Position numbers and translations under genes: made by a program | Part shown: one piece after another, positions 40,364 to 51,265 of the stretch | How positions within the stretch are numbered: the stretch's first letter is position 1 | Layout: each line of letters starts with the position of its first letter | Notes under the pieces: generated by a model | Seen by the model: the letters and a program-made list of their open reading frames with translations, nothing else | What the model was told of the DNA's origin: nothing | Databases searched by the model: none | IMG/VR virus record: IMGVR_UViG_3300047576_000104 | Location: 1-64,000 of that record | Strand: one strand, 5' to 3' | From: a virus | Lineage: Duplodnaviria; Caudoviricetes | Length of the DNA: 64,000 nt

Positions 40364-41483
40364 GGCCAAGCAGTCACTTCCCGAAGATCCTGTACAGGCC
40401 CTGCTTGCTGAGGTCAACACGAAGTTCGGTGCCGGCACCCTGATGGAGATGGGCTCGGCTCCAATCGTCCCGGTGGAGGTGATCCCATCAGGATCGATCG
40501 CCTTGGACAACGCACTTGGCATCAGCGGATTGCCGCGAGGCCGCGTGGTGGAAATCTTCGGGCCGGAGGGTACAGGTAAGACCACTCTGGCTCTTCATGC
40601 CATCGCCAGTGTGCAGCGCAACGGCGGTCACGCGGTGATGATCGACGCTGAGCACGCGCTTGATCTTGAGTACGCACATAACCTGGGCGTGGACACGGAG
40701 CATCTGCTACTGGACCAGCCGGACACAGGGGAGCAGGCCCTGGAAGTAGCGGACATGGTGATCCGGTCAGGGGTCATTGACCTCGTGGTGATCGACTCCG
40801 TGTCAGCACTGGTGCCTAAGGCTGAGATCGAGGGGATGATGGGGGATTTCCAGATCGGTGCCCAGGCCCGGCTTATGTCACAGGCGCTGCGCAAGATCAC
40901 CCCGGCACTCAGCGGCACTCGGACCACAGTCATCTTCATCAACCAGCTGCGCGAGAAAGTTGGTATCGTCTTCGGCAACCCGGAGGTCACGAGCGGTGGC
41001 AAGGCCCTTAAGTTCTACGCTTCGGTACGACTGGATATTCGCAAGAAGGACACCCTCAAAGAGGGCGTTACTGCAGTCGGGCATACCATCAAGATTAAGG
41101 TAGTGAAGAACAAGCTAGCCCCTCCATTCCGCGAGTGCTTCGCGGACATCATCTACGGTAAGGGGATCAGCCGGGAGGCTGAGATCGTGTCTCTTGGCGT
41201 GGATTACGGGGTCATCGCGAAGTCCGGTGCCTGGTATACCTTCGGTGGAGAGCAGCTGGGGCAAGGCAAGGAAAAGTGCCGGCTAAGGCTGGAGGCTGAG
41301 CCGGAGCTGGCCAGTTCGCTGGAGAAGCTGGTCAGGGAACGGATGAGGGCAGCTCCGGCGACTGCCCGCCCTGTGCTAGTGCCGTCTTCGACGCTTGACC
41401 CGGCATCACTACTAGGCCCAGGATCTCTCGCAGACCTGGCATCACAAGAACCACTAGGAGGGAACGATCCAGATGTCCAATGA
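40353..41483 (+). CDS. recA: RecA recombinase
   Basis: [73 protein letters not shown]. Confidence 0.98.
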   Translation: MPAKAKQSLPEDPVQALLAEVNTKFGAGTLMEMGSAPIVPVEVIPSGSIALDNALGISGLPRGRVVEIFGPEGTGKTTLALHAIASVQRNGGHAVMIDAEHALDLEYAHNLGVDTEHLLLDQPDTGEQALEVADMVIRSGVIDLVVIDSVSALVPKAEIEGMMGDFQIGAQARLMSQALRKITPALSGTRTTVIFINQLREKVGIVFGNPEVTSGGKALKFYASVRLDIRKKDTLKEGVTAVGHTIKIKVVKNKLAPPFRECFADIIYGKGISREAEIVSLGVDYGVIAKSGAWYTFGGEQLGQGKEKCRLRLEAEPELASSLEKLVRERMRAAPATARPVLVPSSTLDPASLLGPGSLADLASQEPLGGNDPDVQ

Positions 41484-42618
41484 CATTCTTGACCCGTCGA
41501 TCGAGGAGATGCGGCCACGGCTGCTGACACTGGATCAGGCACGGGAGAAGCTGGCCAAGACCGAGCCGCTGAACGAGATGAAGTTCGAGGCGGGGGAGGC
41601 CGTTAACTTCATCTTGCCTGAGGATTGGGTCGATCGCGCAGATGAGCTGGACGGCATGGCCGATACGGGCGGCATCGTGACTCTGGCCAGCGGGCAGGAG
41701 TACCGGCTCACTAAGGATGCCCTGCTGGAGGCGGGAGCTAAGGTCGGCATTCCGCGCAAGCTGCAGGAGCGTACGCCGGCACCTCTGCTGGAGTCGTGGC
41801 TCAACTGGTGGTTCAAGGGCAACAGCGGCTGGGAGGGCAAGTCATTCAAGTCGTTCGTCAGCGGCGCGGACGGCTCGTCAGTGGCACCGCTGGTCATCGC
41901 GTTCGGATCCGGCACCATCCAGCCGTTCTCCAACCTGCAGATCCTGGATCAGCTCGTCGCCGGGGTCAAGCGGTTCTACAAGGCAGATGAGCAGGATCTG
42001 CTGGTGGACTACAAGTTCGTGCACTCGCTGGAGCTGACCCAGGCCAGGATCGTTGTTCCCGGTGTCGTCCGGAACATCACCGGCCCCGGTACGGCACAGC
42101 CATCCGATCTGTGGAGCACGGGCATCACGTTCCGCAATAGCCAGCTCGGGCTCAAGCCGACCAGCCTGGACGGCTACCTGTTCCGGTGGCGCTGTTCCAA
42201 CGGCATGACCGACTCCCTGGTCACCAGCGGGAAGTACAGTCGCAGGGACGGGGCTGACGGGGACGTGTACTCGTGGGCCAGGGATTCGGTGGATGAGATC
42301 CTTGGTGGCCTGGAGCATGCCCTTGACGGCGTGAGCGCCACTACGCAGATCCCGGTGGAGCAGGATGTCGGCCTGGTGCTGGATGACCTGTTCCGGCAGC
42401 ACAAGGTCCCTGGCAGCCTGCAGCGGTCGGTGGTCCGGAACATGGCCGAGGTCGGCGGGGACCTGTCCATGTACACGATCCTGAACGCCATTACGCAGGT
42501 CGCCAACGACCCGGAACTTAGCCCGGATTCGGTGGGCAAGCTGATGCAGACCGGTGGCCACGTGGCGCATAGCGCCGAGATGCGCTGCGAGGCGTGCAGG
42601 AGGATCAAGCCAGAATGA
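41473..42618 (+). CDS. DUF932-like protein
   Basis: NSQLG...[14 protein letters not shown]; Y.ILNAITQ. Confidence 0.65.
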   Translation: MSNDILDPSIEEMRPRLLTLDQAREKLAKTEPLNEMKFEAGEAVNFILPEDWVDRADELDGMADTGGIVTLASGQEYRLTKDALLEAGAKVGIPRKLQERTPAPLLESWLNWWFKGNSGWEGKSFKSFVSGADGSSVAPLVIAFGSGTIQPFSNLQILDQLVAGVKRFYKADEQDLLVDYKFVHSLELTQARIVVPGVVRNITGPGTAQPSDLWSTGITFRNSQLGLKPTSLDGYLFRWRCSNGMTDSLVTSGKYSRRDGADGDVYSWARDSVDEILGGLEHALDGVSATTQIPVEQDVGLVLDDLFRQHKVPGSLQRSVVRNMAEVGGDLSMYTILNAITQVANDPELSPDSVGKLMQTGGHVAHSAEMRCEACRRIKPE

Positions 42619-43417
42619 CGAGAAATCGGATAGCCCTGCGTAAGGCTGCACGGAAGCTCAGGGTACGGCGGATGTTCAGTCCCTTTACCGGCTCAGTGTG
42701 CTCTCGGTGCGGGAGTTATGCGCGCATGGTCAGGCTCGGAGGCCATCGAGAAACTCAGGTCATCTGCAACAATGACAACCGGCACCGGAGATAGATATGA
42801 GCCTAACTCCTCCTGATATGCAGTACTTTGATCACGATGACATTTGGACTAAGCCACTTGGTCTTGTGGCTGCTGATGTGGTGTCGTGTGGCGGAGGTGC
42901 TGGCGGAATCGGCGCTGCCGGGGAGGATGGTGCCCTGGCCGTGCGACGGTATCTGGCTGATGAGCTGCCTGACAAAGTGCAGGTCACTATTGGCAAGGGA
43001 GGCAGGCCAGGCGGCCGGAACGGCTATGTGCTGATTGTCTCTCACAGGGCAGGGGAGGAAGTTTCGTAGTGGGCGCGCTCCACTCCACTCGTTTCTGGAC
43101 GAAGATGTCTGACTCCCCTGTTGGGTTCCTGCTGGGCGAGAGTGACGACGGCATGCCGACGGTGACCATTCGGGTAGGACGAGTGTGCGTGCGAGTCGGG
43201 GCTGAGGCGTGGATCGGGAAGGAGCAGGGGCTTGATCCTTCCTGGGCTAGTCGACTGCCTGAAGTGTGGCACCACGTTCGAGGCAGTGTGGGAAGACGAT
43301 GCGGATACGTTGCAAGACATGGATGAGGCTCCGGTACAGGAGCAGGTCTGCCCGGCCTGCGGTACTACTCAGCAGGAGATCTATCCTGGTTGGTGTAATC
43401 GCACGGAAGCTGGCTAG

Positions 43418-44450
43418 ATGATACGTGAGATAGAAGTTACTAATTTCCAGTCACTAAAGCATCTTCAGGTCAAGCTCGGCAGGTTCACGGTGATTACCGG
43501 TCGCACTGGGGCTGGCAAGTCAGGGCTCATCCGGGCCCTCAAGGCTTTGGTGTTCAACGCTCGTGGAACGAGCTATATTACGCGCGGTGAGAAGCAGTGC
43601 TCTATCTCCATGACCGGAGGGAGCGAGACAGCTAAGCATGAGTGCGATGTTGACGGCTCATGCGATGTATGCAAGGTCTATGGCCTGTGCTCGCGGTGCG
43701 GATGTCCTGAGCACAGCATGTGGCAGGCCACCATTCAGCGTGGCACCAAAGATCAGTACCAGCTCGCGGTGGGGATAGCTCAGAAGACGTACACCAAGCT
43801 GGCCGGCAAGGTCCCGGAGGCTGTTTCCGATACGCTTCGTCTCGGTGAGATCAATTTCGCTGCGCAGTTCGACAAGCCGTACCTGCTGGACTCCACGGGC
43901 GGGGACGTGGCCAGGGTACTCGGCAAGCTCACCAACGTCACCGTGCTGTTCCGAGCAGCGCAGGAGGCGAACCGGCGTAGGCTCCAGGTGTCTGGCGAGT
44001 TGAAGACCCGGCAGGCTGACCTGGCTTCTCTGGTGGAGCAGATCCAGCAGTACGCTACGCTGCCGGCCGAGCAGGCTGCCGTGGAGGATGCTGAGACGAG
44101 GATGACTCACCTGCATCTCTTGTACGGGAAGCAGGAGAGACTAAGTTCTCTGACCACTGCCCTGGAGCTGGCGCAGGCAAGGCTGGGCCTCATCAGACCG
44201 GTGCCCGAGCCTCCGTCGCTGGACCGGCTGGCGGATGCTGATCGAGCAGCATATCTGGATATCGCAACTGATGAGATCTCTTCAGCAGAGGGAGGCGGAC
44301 CTGGTTAACGCTCGCTGGCGTGAAGATGGCTGCGTACGAGAGGTATCAGATGCTGAGCAGGAGCTAGCCGGGTATGTTAGCCAGTGGGGTATCTGCGAGA
44401 CTTGCGGGCAGCCAGTTCAGAAGAAGCATGCGCATCAGGGAGAGAAATGA
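43418..44450 (+). CDS. SbcC/Rad50-like ATPase, N-terminal half (Walker A, coiled coil, zinc hook); frameshift near 44240
   Basis: IEVTNFQS...ITGRTGAGKS.LIRAL, QFDKPYLL; ends CETCGQPV in ORF 44235..44450. Confidence 0.82.
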
Positions 44451-45472
44451 CAACCTACCAGGCCCAGAATGGCCGATCACCAAGCGGTTATTATGACGAG
44501 AACATTCTAAACATGGCTAGGTTCCTTATGGCCAACGGCTATTCGCGGATAGGCGCGTCCGGTATCGCCGGTTGTGTTGCCGGTGAGTCTGGCGGCGACC
44601 CAGAGAGTATGGAGATACCAGAAGATGCTCCAGGCACCGGCAGTGGTGGTGGAGGACTCATCCAGTGGACGCCCATCAGCGCGTACCCTGGCCTCGTCAC
44701 CGGGAACCCCACAGCGGACCTGAACAACCAGTTCGAGGCGATCCTCCGGTTCAACAACAACAGCGGCAGCTCGATCTCCCAGCTGAATGCTCAGCCTAGC
44801 CCGGTTGCTGCGGCCGACTTCTACTCCCAGTTCTTCGAGAGGCCGCTCAACACCAACTCTGACGTGCGAGCGTCGGTTGCCAATAGCGTGTACGCAGCAC
44901 TTGGAGGCCCGCCCCCACCCCCTCCGAACCCGTGGCCGCTGAAGCAGGGCGATAGCGGTTCGGACGTTGTGACGCTTCAGGAAAACCTGAACAAGTGGAA
45001 GTGCGCTACCCCGCCGCTGACTAAGCCATATGACGGGTCGTTCGGACCGCTGACGAAGGCCGCTGTTCAGACGGCGCTCAGGTACTGGGGCTACAATGCA
45101 GCGGATGTGGCAGGTGCTGTTGTAGGTGAGTCGCTGTGGAATCACCTGAAAGGCACGCCTCCTCCGCCAGTGGCTAAGGGCACGTATCCGACGCCTATCG
45201 GACTGAAGGCCGTTACAGGTGCCACTACCGTAGATCTTTCCTGGTACGCCGTGCCCAAGGCTTCCGGTTATCAGGTCGTTGTCTACAATGACCCGCCAGT
45301 CCTGGACGCGGAGAAGCACTGGACGCCTATCCGGAATGACAAGGTGCTTGGAGCCAAGGCGGATATCACTGGCCTGGCGAGAGGAAAGAGTTACCAGGCT
45401 CATGTTTGGGCGCTCGGGTCGCCGGTCAGCAGTGAGCACAACTACGCTACCGTGAAGTTCAGGACCGGGTGA
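44447..45472 (+). CDS. Endolysin-like muramidase: phage tail-lysozyme domain, PG-binding domain, FN3-like domain
   Basis: GIAGCVAGESGG...GGGLIQWT...FFERP; LKQGDSGSDVVTLQENL...DGSFGPLTKAAV; TVDLSW.AVP.ASGY...ITGL..GKSY. Confidence 0.8.
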   Translation: MTTYQAQNGRSPSGYYDENILNMARFLMANGYSRIGASGIAGCVAGESGGDPESMEIPEDAPGTGSGGGGLIQWTPISAYPGLVTGNPTADLNNQFEAILRFNNNSGSSISQLNAQPSPVAAADFYSQFFERPLNTNSDVRASVANSVYAALGGPPPPPPNPWPLKQGDSGSDVVTLQENLNKWKCATPPLTKPYDGSFGPLTKAAVQTALRYWGYNAADVAGAVVGESLWNHLKGTPPPPVAKGTYPTPIGLKAVTGATTVDLSWYAVPKASGYQVVVYNDPPVLDAEKHWTPIRNDKVLGAKADITGLARGKSYQAHVWALGSPVSSEHNYATVKFRTG

Positions 45473-45601
45473 CATGGAAGAGGTTCCTGTAGTGGACGGT
45501 GGTGATGAAGTTCCTGTACGGATACTTGTGTGCGAGCCTTACGCAAATGGCCAGGGTTGGTGGCACGTACCGTTCTGTGTCCATATCAATTGGAGCGATT
45601 G

Positions 45602-46564
45602 GTGAAGGCGCTACTGCTCAGTGATATCCATCTGTCGGACAGGCCACCATCCAGTTGCACTGAGTCCTACATGGAGGATCTGCTCAAGCTGCTAGGCGAG
45701 ACGGTGGCCGTGGCGGAGGAGTACAAGGTAGATGCCGTGGTGTGGGCCGGGGACGTCTTCAACAGCAAGGCTCCGGCCCGGAACAGTCACTGGCTGGTAC
45801 AGCAGGTCACCGGGGTTCTTCTCGCCTATCAGCGGCCTTGCTACATCGTGCCGGGCAATCATGACGTTCAGCACGATGACCTCTCCAGCATCTGGAAGAC
45901 GCAGCCGCTCGGCGTGCTGTTCCGGACTGGCGTGGCTAAGCCGCTGATCGGGCAGTGCCGGGAGTTCGCTCAGTTGTACGGAGTCCCATGGCAGCAGGAG
46001 TGGTCTAACGAGAGCGTGGGCGAGGCACTGCGCGTCTGGCGGGAGGAGTGGACTCAGACGAGGCGCGGTGGCCTGGTTGTGGCGCACGCTCCGCTCTATC
46101 CTCCGGGCTTGGAGCTGCCGTATGAGTACTATGACACGGTGATGTGGGCGGCTGCCATGGGGCATCAGGGTTCCTGTTTCTACGGACATGTGCACGAGTA
46201 TCACGGCTCTTACGACGTTGCCGGAGTCAAGTTCTGCAACAACGGTGCGCTGAGCCGTGGATCGTTGCACGAGCATAACTTGACCCGGCAGGTGATGTGC
46301 ACTATCTGGGATAGCGCTGATGCTAGCTTCACCGAGGTACCGCTGCACGCCAAGCCGGCGTCGGAGGTGTTCCGGCTCCGTGAGAAACAGGAGGTTGTCG
46401 ACTCCGCACTCAAGCTGGACGAGTTCCTGTCCGGGGTCGGGAGCACGCAGTTCGATGTGCTGTCGGTGGAGTCTGTGCTCGCGCATGTCCGTGGGCTTGG
46501 TGTTGGCAAGGACGTTGAGGATGAAGTAGCCGAGCTGCTGGACTGGAGCAGTCACCAGACATGA
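45602..46564 (+). CDS. SbcD/Mre11-like metallophosphoesterase nuclease
   Basis: SDIHL, AGDVF, PGNHD, VAHAP, GHVH, NNGALSR. Confidence 0.88.
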   Translation: MKALLLSDIHLSDRPPSSCTESYMEDLLKLLGETVAVAEEYKVDAVVWAGDVFNSKAPARNSHWLVQQVTGVLLAYQRPCYIVPGNHDVQHDDLSSIWKTQPLGVLFRTGVAKPLIGQCREFAQLYGVPWQQEWSNESVGEALRVWREEWTQTRRGGLVVAHAPLYPPGLELPYEYYDTVMWAAAMGHQGSCFYGHVHEYHGSYDVAGVKFCNNGALSRGSLHEHNLTRQVMCTIWDSADASFTEVPLHAKPASEVFRLREKQEVVDSALKLDEFLSGVGSTQFDVLSVESVLAHVRGLGVGKDVEDEVAELLDWSSHQT

Positions 46565-46846
46565 GCTGGCGGCGGAGAAGAGATGGTTATGACCCTCCTC
46601 GGGACGTGCGTATAATACGGCCAGGTCTGCCTGACGTTAAGTGCGGTGTTTTGCGTGATCTGAGTGGGGATAAGAAGGGCGACGCTGCTTGGGTTGCAGT
46701 ACCTATTGAGCCTGTTATGTTCAGGGTAGGCATAGATAAGATAGAGATAGGATATGTCCCTGCTCACTCTATAATTTCTCTAGAGATGCCTGTGGATTCT
46801 GATGAGTCATTACGGCAAAGAGACTGGACTGGTCGGCGCATCAAAC

Positions 46847-47338
46847 ATGACTGATGTAATCGGGTTTGATCTGGATTCCACTATCTGCAATACGGAGCAG
46901 CGTCAGTGGATGGTGCCTAAGATCAAGGCAGGGGAGGCTTCCTGGGCTGACTATAGTATGGCTAGCGCGGATGATGTTCCAGTAGATGGCGTGGTTAGGC
47001 TGCTTCTGGCTCTCCACGATCACTATCTGATCTTTATCATGTCTGGTCGTTCGGAGAAGGCGCGTCAGATTTCTGAGCACTGGCTGGAGAAGCATGGAAT
47101 TCCGTATGACAGACTGCTACTGAAGCCAGAGGGGGAGGACACAGAGAACGGCCTTCTTAAGGTCCAGTGGATTAAGCAACTGGAGGCCGAAGGGTTTCAT
47201 TTTCGGCTGTATGTTGAGGATTGGCCGGCGACTGCTGATGTTATTCGCGGCGGGGCTCATATTCCGGTGCTTGTCGTTAATCCATGTTACGAGGCGGAGC
47301 TGGCGGCGGCTAAGGCTATACGGGCAGGTAATGTCTGA
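46847..47338 (+). CDS. HAD-family phosphatase (PNKP 3'-phosphatase-like)
   Basis: FDLDSTI, MSGRSE, WLEKHGIPYDRLLLKP, K, YVED. Confidence 0.82.
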   Translation: MTDVIGFDLDSTICNTEQRQWMVPKIKAGEASWADYSMASADDVPVDGVVRLLLALHDHYLIFIMSGRSEKARQISEHWLEKHGIPYDRLLLKPEGEDTENGLLKVQWIKQLEAEGFHFRLYVEDWPATADVIRGGAHIPVLVVNPCYEAELAAAKAIRAGNV

Positions 47339-47373
47339 TGATCGACATGCTTTTCCGGAGGAGGTGATGCTAC

Positions 47374-48266
47374 GTGAGTCACTATGATAGGGAAACTGGC
47401 CTGATTAAGATCTCATGGTCTTTAAGATACGAACCGCCGAGGAGTGCAAGCAGAAGGCGTTTTTGATAGCCGAGGGTAAAAAGGCAAAGGCTTCTGATGT
47501 TCGGATCTTCTTCCAGGGGAATGTCGTTGACCAGGCTATGCGCAGGCGGTTGTCCATGGATCACCCGCCTATGCACTGGATGGCGCAGTACATTGACCAG
47601 ATCATGGATGAGACCGAGGCGAAGGTCAAAGAAGAAGATGGGGTGCTCCGGTGGAAGCACCGCGATGATCGTAAAGAGGTCAGGCAGTTCTGCTATGAGT
47701 GCGTGATGCGCCTTGAACCGATTTTGGGGCAGCTGATCCTCCCGTACGAGTACCAGCCCGCTCTCCGGTTCAGTACGAAGATGAACATCCCTGGTCTGGA
47801 TGACCAGCCGACGCCCATCCTGCTGGTGGGCGAGATGGACGTTCTGACCTGCTACAAGCCGCCGCTGCCGGACATCGAATTTGATCAGGATCCTATCGTT
47901 CGGGCACTGTGGCGTCCGGAGTACCGGGTGTGGGACCTGAAGGTCACCAAGGATGCCAGTTACTGGCGCAAGACAGCCGCGCAGCTAGTGTTCTACGATA
48001 TCGTCTGCTCGTGCATGTTCGGCGTGCCGACCGTGGAGGTCGGGCTGATCCAGCCCATGGTGGAGGGGTATCCGTGGATCTCGTTCCGGCCGTCTGAGGA
48101 GGACCGGACGCAGATGTACACCCGGATTGTCAGCGTGGCGCAGGCCATCATGCGGGCTGACCACTCCCCAAAAGCTGATAGCACAGGCTGCAGCTACTGC
48201 GAAACCAGGAACGCCTGCGTCAAGTACGCGCCCGAGCCAGGTACCAAGACAATGCCACTATTTTAG
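47374..48266 (+). CDS. PD-(D/E)XK nuclease, Cas4/RecB-like with Fe-S Cys motif; frameshift near 47420
   Basis: ISWS..KIRTAEECKQK, GEMDVL, WDLK, QLVFY, C-terminal CSYCETRNAC. Confidence 0.8.
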
Positions 48267-48280
48267 GAAGAAGCTACGCT

Positions 48281-48715
48281 ATGGCTAGACTACCGAGCAC
48301 GATGTACCTCATGCAGCAGATCGGCGGGGAGGTAATTCTCTTCGAGGACTACACCGAGCGGGAGATCGTCCGGTTCGATCCGGGCGACGGCAACGCGGCG
48401 GCGGATGCCCTGAATGTCATCCGCGACTCGGAACTTGGTGACGAGGACAAGTGCTTCGCCTGCTTCTGGGCAGGCTACTTTGCCGCGTATGCGGGCGCGG
48501 ACCCCGTACAGCGTCCAGGCTACGTCTATGAGACACTGGACAATCAGGTGGTTGTGATGTGCACGGGGAACGATGCTGTCGTCTTCGATCCGCGTGACGC
48601 TAACGCATCCGCTATGGCGCAGAAGCCGATCCACGACTCCGGTCTGAGTCAGGACGAGAAGAACCGTGCGCACTTCTGGTGCGGATACTTCTACGCGCAC
48701 GCGAGTGGTGCTTGA
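48281..48715 (+). CDS. Hypothetical protein with tandem-duplicated ~65-aa domain
   Basis: FDP...DS.L...K..A.FW.GYF.A.A occurs twice. Confidence 0.7.
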   Translation: MARLPSTMYLMQQIGGEVILFEDYTEREIVRFDPGDGNAAADALNVIRDSELGDEDKCFACFWAGYFAAYAGADPVQRPGYVYETLDNQVVVMCTGNDAVVFDPRDANASAMAQKPIHDSGLSQDEKNRAHFWCGYFYAHASGA

Positions 48716-48957
48716 TGGAAGACGTGACCGCTCACGTGGCCAGCCTGCGCGCTCGCGTGGATGCTGCGGTTCGTGCCAGGACCGGGGCTGAGTATGCCCG
48801 TCAGCAGGCCGAGCAGGCTGTGCAGACGGCCACTGCTGCGCTGAAGCAGGAGTTCGGTGTGGAGACGCCGGAGCAGGCGCAGGCTCTGCGAGCTGATCTC
48901 GATAGCAAGATCGCTGCTGAGATCCAGAAGATCGAGCAGGCGCTAGGAGGAACATGA
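48715..48957 (+). CDS. Small coiled-coil protein
   Basis: Heptad-rich, LKQEFGVETPEQA. Confidence 0.6.
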   Translation: MEDVTAHVASLRARVDAAVRARTGAEYARQQAEQAVQTATAALKQEFGVETPEQAQALRADLDSKIAAEIQKIEQALGGT

Positions 48958-50099
48958 CTGACGAGCAGATCCTCGGGTTTACTGCAAAGCGGTTTCATCT
49001 GCTTCAACTGGTCAAGCGCGCAGTCGTGGCCATCCCAGGCAAGAACATCTATCCGCTGCTGGCAAACTTCCAGGTCGTGGTAGGGGACGGCAGGCTCCAG
49101 GTGACGGCTACGGATATGGAGCTGAGTGTCGTCAGTGAGTCTGAGCTGGTGGTATGCAGCGGCTCTGGCACTCTGCTGCTTCCGGCTAAGCGCTTCCTGG
49201 AGATCCTGACTTCGGCTGCCGAGGGAGATGTGAGCGTCAAGGTCTCTGCCGGTACTGCCTCCATCACGGCCGGCACTGCTTCATGGTCGCTGGTGCTTCA
49301 GTCTTCAGAGGACTACCCTCTTCGTCCGGCTGTGAAGGACATCGCTTTCACGGAGGTCAGCAGGGCGAAGTTCCTGGCTGCTCTCGTCCTGGCCAGGAGT
49401 GCTGCCAGCCGGGACGGCACCAACCCCCGCCTGATGGCGATCAGCATTTCGGGCGGGAAGGTGATCGCAGGCTCGCACGTGCGCCTTCACCGGGTCATCC
49501 TGTCTGGCATAGTGCTTCCAGATATTCAGATCCCGATCGGCGCTGTTGATGATCTGGTGCGCCTGCTGAAGGACAGCAGCCTTGAAGAGATCGGCATAGG
49601 CGAGGCGGAACATGACCTGGCCTTCCGGATCGGGTCAGACGTGTTCATGTCCGGCAAGCTGGCCAGCGAGTATCCAGATATGGAGAAGCGGCTGCTGACT
49701 CCTCCGCTCCTGTCTAACAAGGACGAGCTTCGGGTAGACAAGAGCGACCTTGTGGCAGCTATCAAACGGGTCAGGATTACGGCTGACGCAGGTTCGGCAG
49801 CTATTGGCCTGCGGATAGTGCCCGGCGCGATCAGGGTTATCAGTCAGGATCAGAACCATAACACTGCCTGCGAAGAGATCCCTGCCCAGTGGAGTCATAG
49901 GCAGCGTCTGCTGGTAGTTAATCATGAGCACCTGGCAGACCTGCTAGGGCTTGCTGAAGGTCCGCAAGTGCTTTTCGTGCTAGGCGAGGACTCAGGCAAG
50001 CGCCGGAGTCCTCTGGTACTGAAAGATGATAAGGCCGGCACTGCCGGTGTTATAGGCCAGTTGGCCGTAGTTCTGATCGAGTTAGCGAGAGTAGAAGCT
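48954..50099 (+). CDS. dnaN: DNA polymerase III beta sliding clamp
   Basis: PLLANF, LQVTATDMELS, G.LLLPAKRF.EI, EDYP, K.LASEYPD, LVAAIKRV. Reads through in frame into the cold-shock gene. Confidence 0.88.
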
Positions 50100-50474
50100 A
50101 TGTCAGCAGGTGTTGTAAAGACCTGGATGGAAGACCGTGGTTTCGGGTTCATCACCGAGGATGGCGGTTCGGATGTGTTCGTGCATGTTAAGCAGCTGCC
50201 TCAGGGCGTCAAGCAGCTTCAGCCGGATACCAGGGTGATGTTCGAGAAGAAGCAAACGAATCGCGGGGTGCAGGCGTTCGGCGTTATGCTCGATGCAGAT
50301 AGCGGTCCTGATGATCCTCCTGACTTTCTCACTGAGAGGGAGTTCCTCAGGGATCTGAACGGACTTCTCCCTCCGCTCAGGGAGGTCCACAAGCAGGCTC
50401 TCATGGACATCGCCAGAGATCACGGGTGGGTGGTTGATTTATGCCTGAGCTGCGTGACTTGGAAACTCGCGTGA
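50100..50474 (+). CDS. Cold-shock domain protein
   Basis: GVVKTWMEDRGFGFITEDGGSDVFVH (RNP1/RNP2)...RGVQA. Confidence 0.88.
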   Translation: MSAGVVKTWMEDRGFGFITEDGGSDVFVHVKQLPQGVKQLQPDTRVMFEKKQTNRGVQAFGVMLDADSGPDDPPDFLTEREFLRDLNGLLPPLREVHKQALMDIARDHGWVVDLCLSCVTWKLA

Positions 50475-51079
50475 GTGCTGCTAGACATGCGTATGAGCGC
50501 AGGGTCGGTGCTGCCCAGCAGCTAGGAGAGGCCGGCCTGAGGATGCAGGCTGAGGTGACCAGGCTGCAAGATCTTCAGGAGAGGCACGCTAAGGTCTCTG
50601 CCCTGCTGACATCGTTGGGCGAGAAGGCTCAGCAGCAGGCGCAGGAGCGACTGGAGGAGCTGGTCACCCGTGGCCTTCAGGTCATCTTCGGCACAGAACT
50701 CTCATTCCATGTCATCCAGTCGGTGAAGGCCAATCAGGCAGTCACCGAGTTCATGATCCGGTCGGAGTACGACGGGATGACAGTGGACACTTCGGTCATG
50801 GATGCCCGAGGCGGAGGGATGGCCGCTGTCACAGGTTTCATGATCCGGCTGGTGGTACTGCTGCTTACTCCGCGAGCCCGGCGTGTTCTCTTCCTGGATG
50901 AGACGTTCAGGTTTGTGTCCAGCGAGTACGAGGGACGACTGGCGGAGTTCCTGGCTGAGGTGGCAGAGCGAGCTGGCGTACAGATCGTGCTAGTTACCCA
51001 CTCGTCAGCGTATGACGATGTGGCCGATGCACGGTACCGATTGGAGCTGGGGAGCAATGGAATCGCTACCATCGTCTGA
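50441..51079 (+). CDS. SbcC/Rad50-like ATPase, C-terminal half (signature + Walker B)
   Basis: Coiled coil, DARGGGM, LFLDETF..VS, QIVLVTH. Confidence 0.85.
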   Translation: MPELRDLETRVSAARHAYERRVGAAQQLGEAGLRMQAEVTRLQDLQERHAKVSALLTSLGEKAQQQAQERLEELVTRGLQVIFGTELSFHVIQSVKANQAVTEFMIRSEYDGMTVDTSVMDARGGGMAAVTGFMIRLVVLLLTPRARRVLFLDETFRFVSSEYEGRLAEFLAEVAERAGVQIVLVTHSSAYDDVADARYRLELGSNGIATIV

Positions 51080-51128
51080 GCTGGAGCTGGTAGTTCTTGA
51101 TCGAGCTGGGTGAGTAGCAGGTATAGTA

Positions 51129-51238
51129 CAGGTAAGGGCAGGCAGCCAGCAGCGTGTCCTTACCTGGTTCCTGCCGTGAAACCTAGGGTGGCGTGCCCCA
51201 CCTCGTCATTACGGCTCTAGCAGAGTAGCGGCAGGAAC
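51129..51238 (+). ncRNA. Candidate structured RNA: 12-bp hairpin followed by a 72-nt multi-branch element
   Basis: CAGGTAAGGGCA/TGTCCTTACCTG; GTTCCTGCCG (51167-76)/CGGCAGGAAC (51229-38) enclosing GGTGG/CCACC, CGT/ACG and GCTCT/AGAGT hairpins; TATAGT -10-like box at 51122. Confidence 0.5.
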
Positions 51239-51265
51239 TCGTATTACTGGTGGGAGGTGGGAATT

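Noticed and set aside
47374-48266. Cas4-like nuclease as part of a CRISPR-Cas system
   Set aside because: No other cas genes or array in the window; stand-alone Cas4-like nucleases are common in phages.
51167-51238. Canonical tRNA or hammerhead ribozyme
   Set aside because: No TTCRA T-loop, D-loop GG or CCA; GAAAC is present but there is no CTGANGA core.
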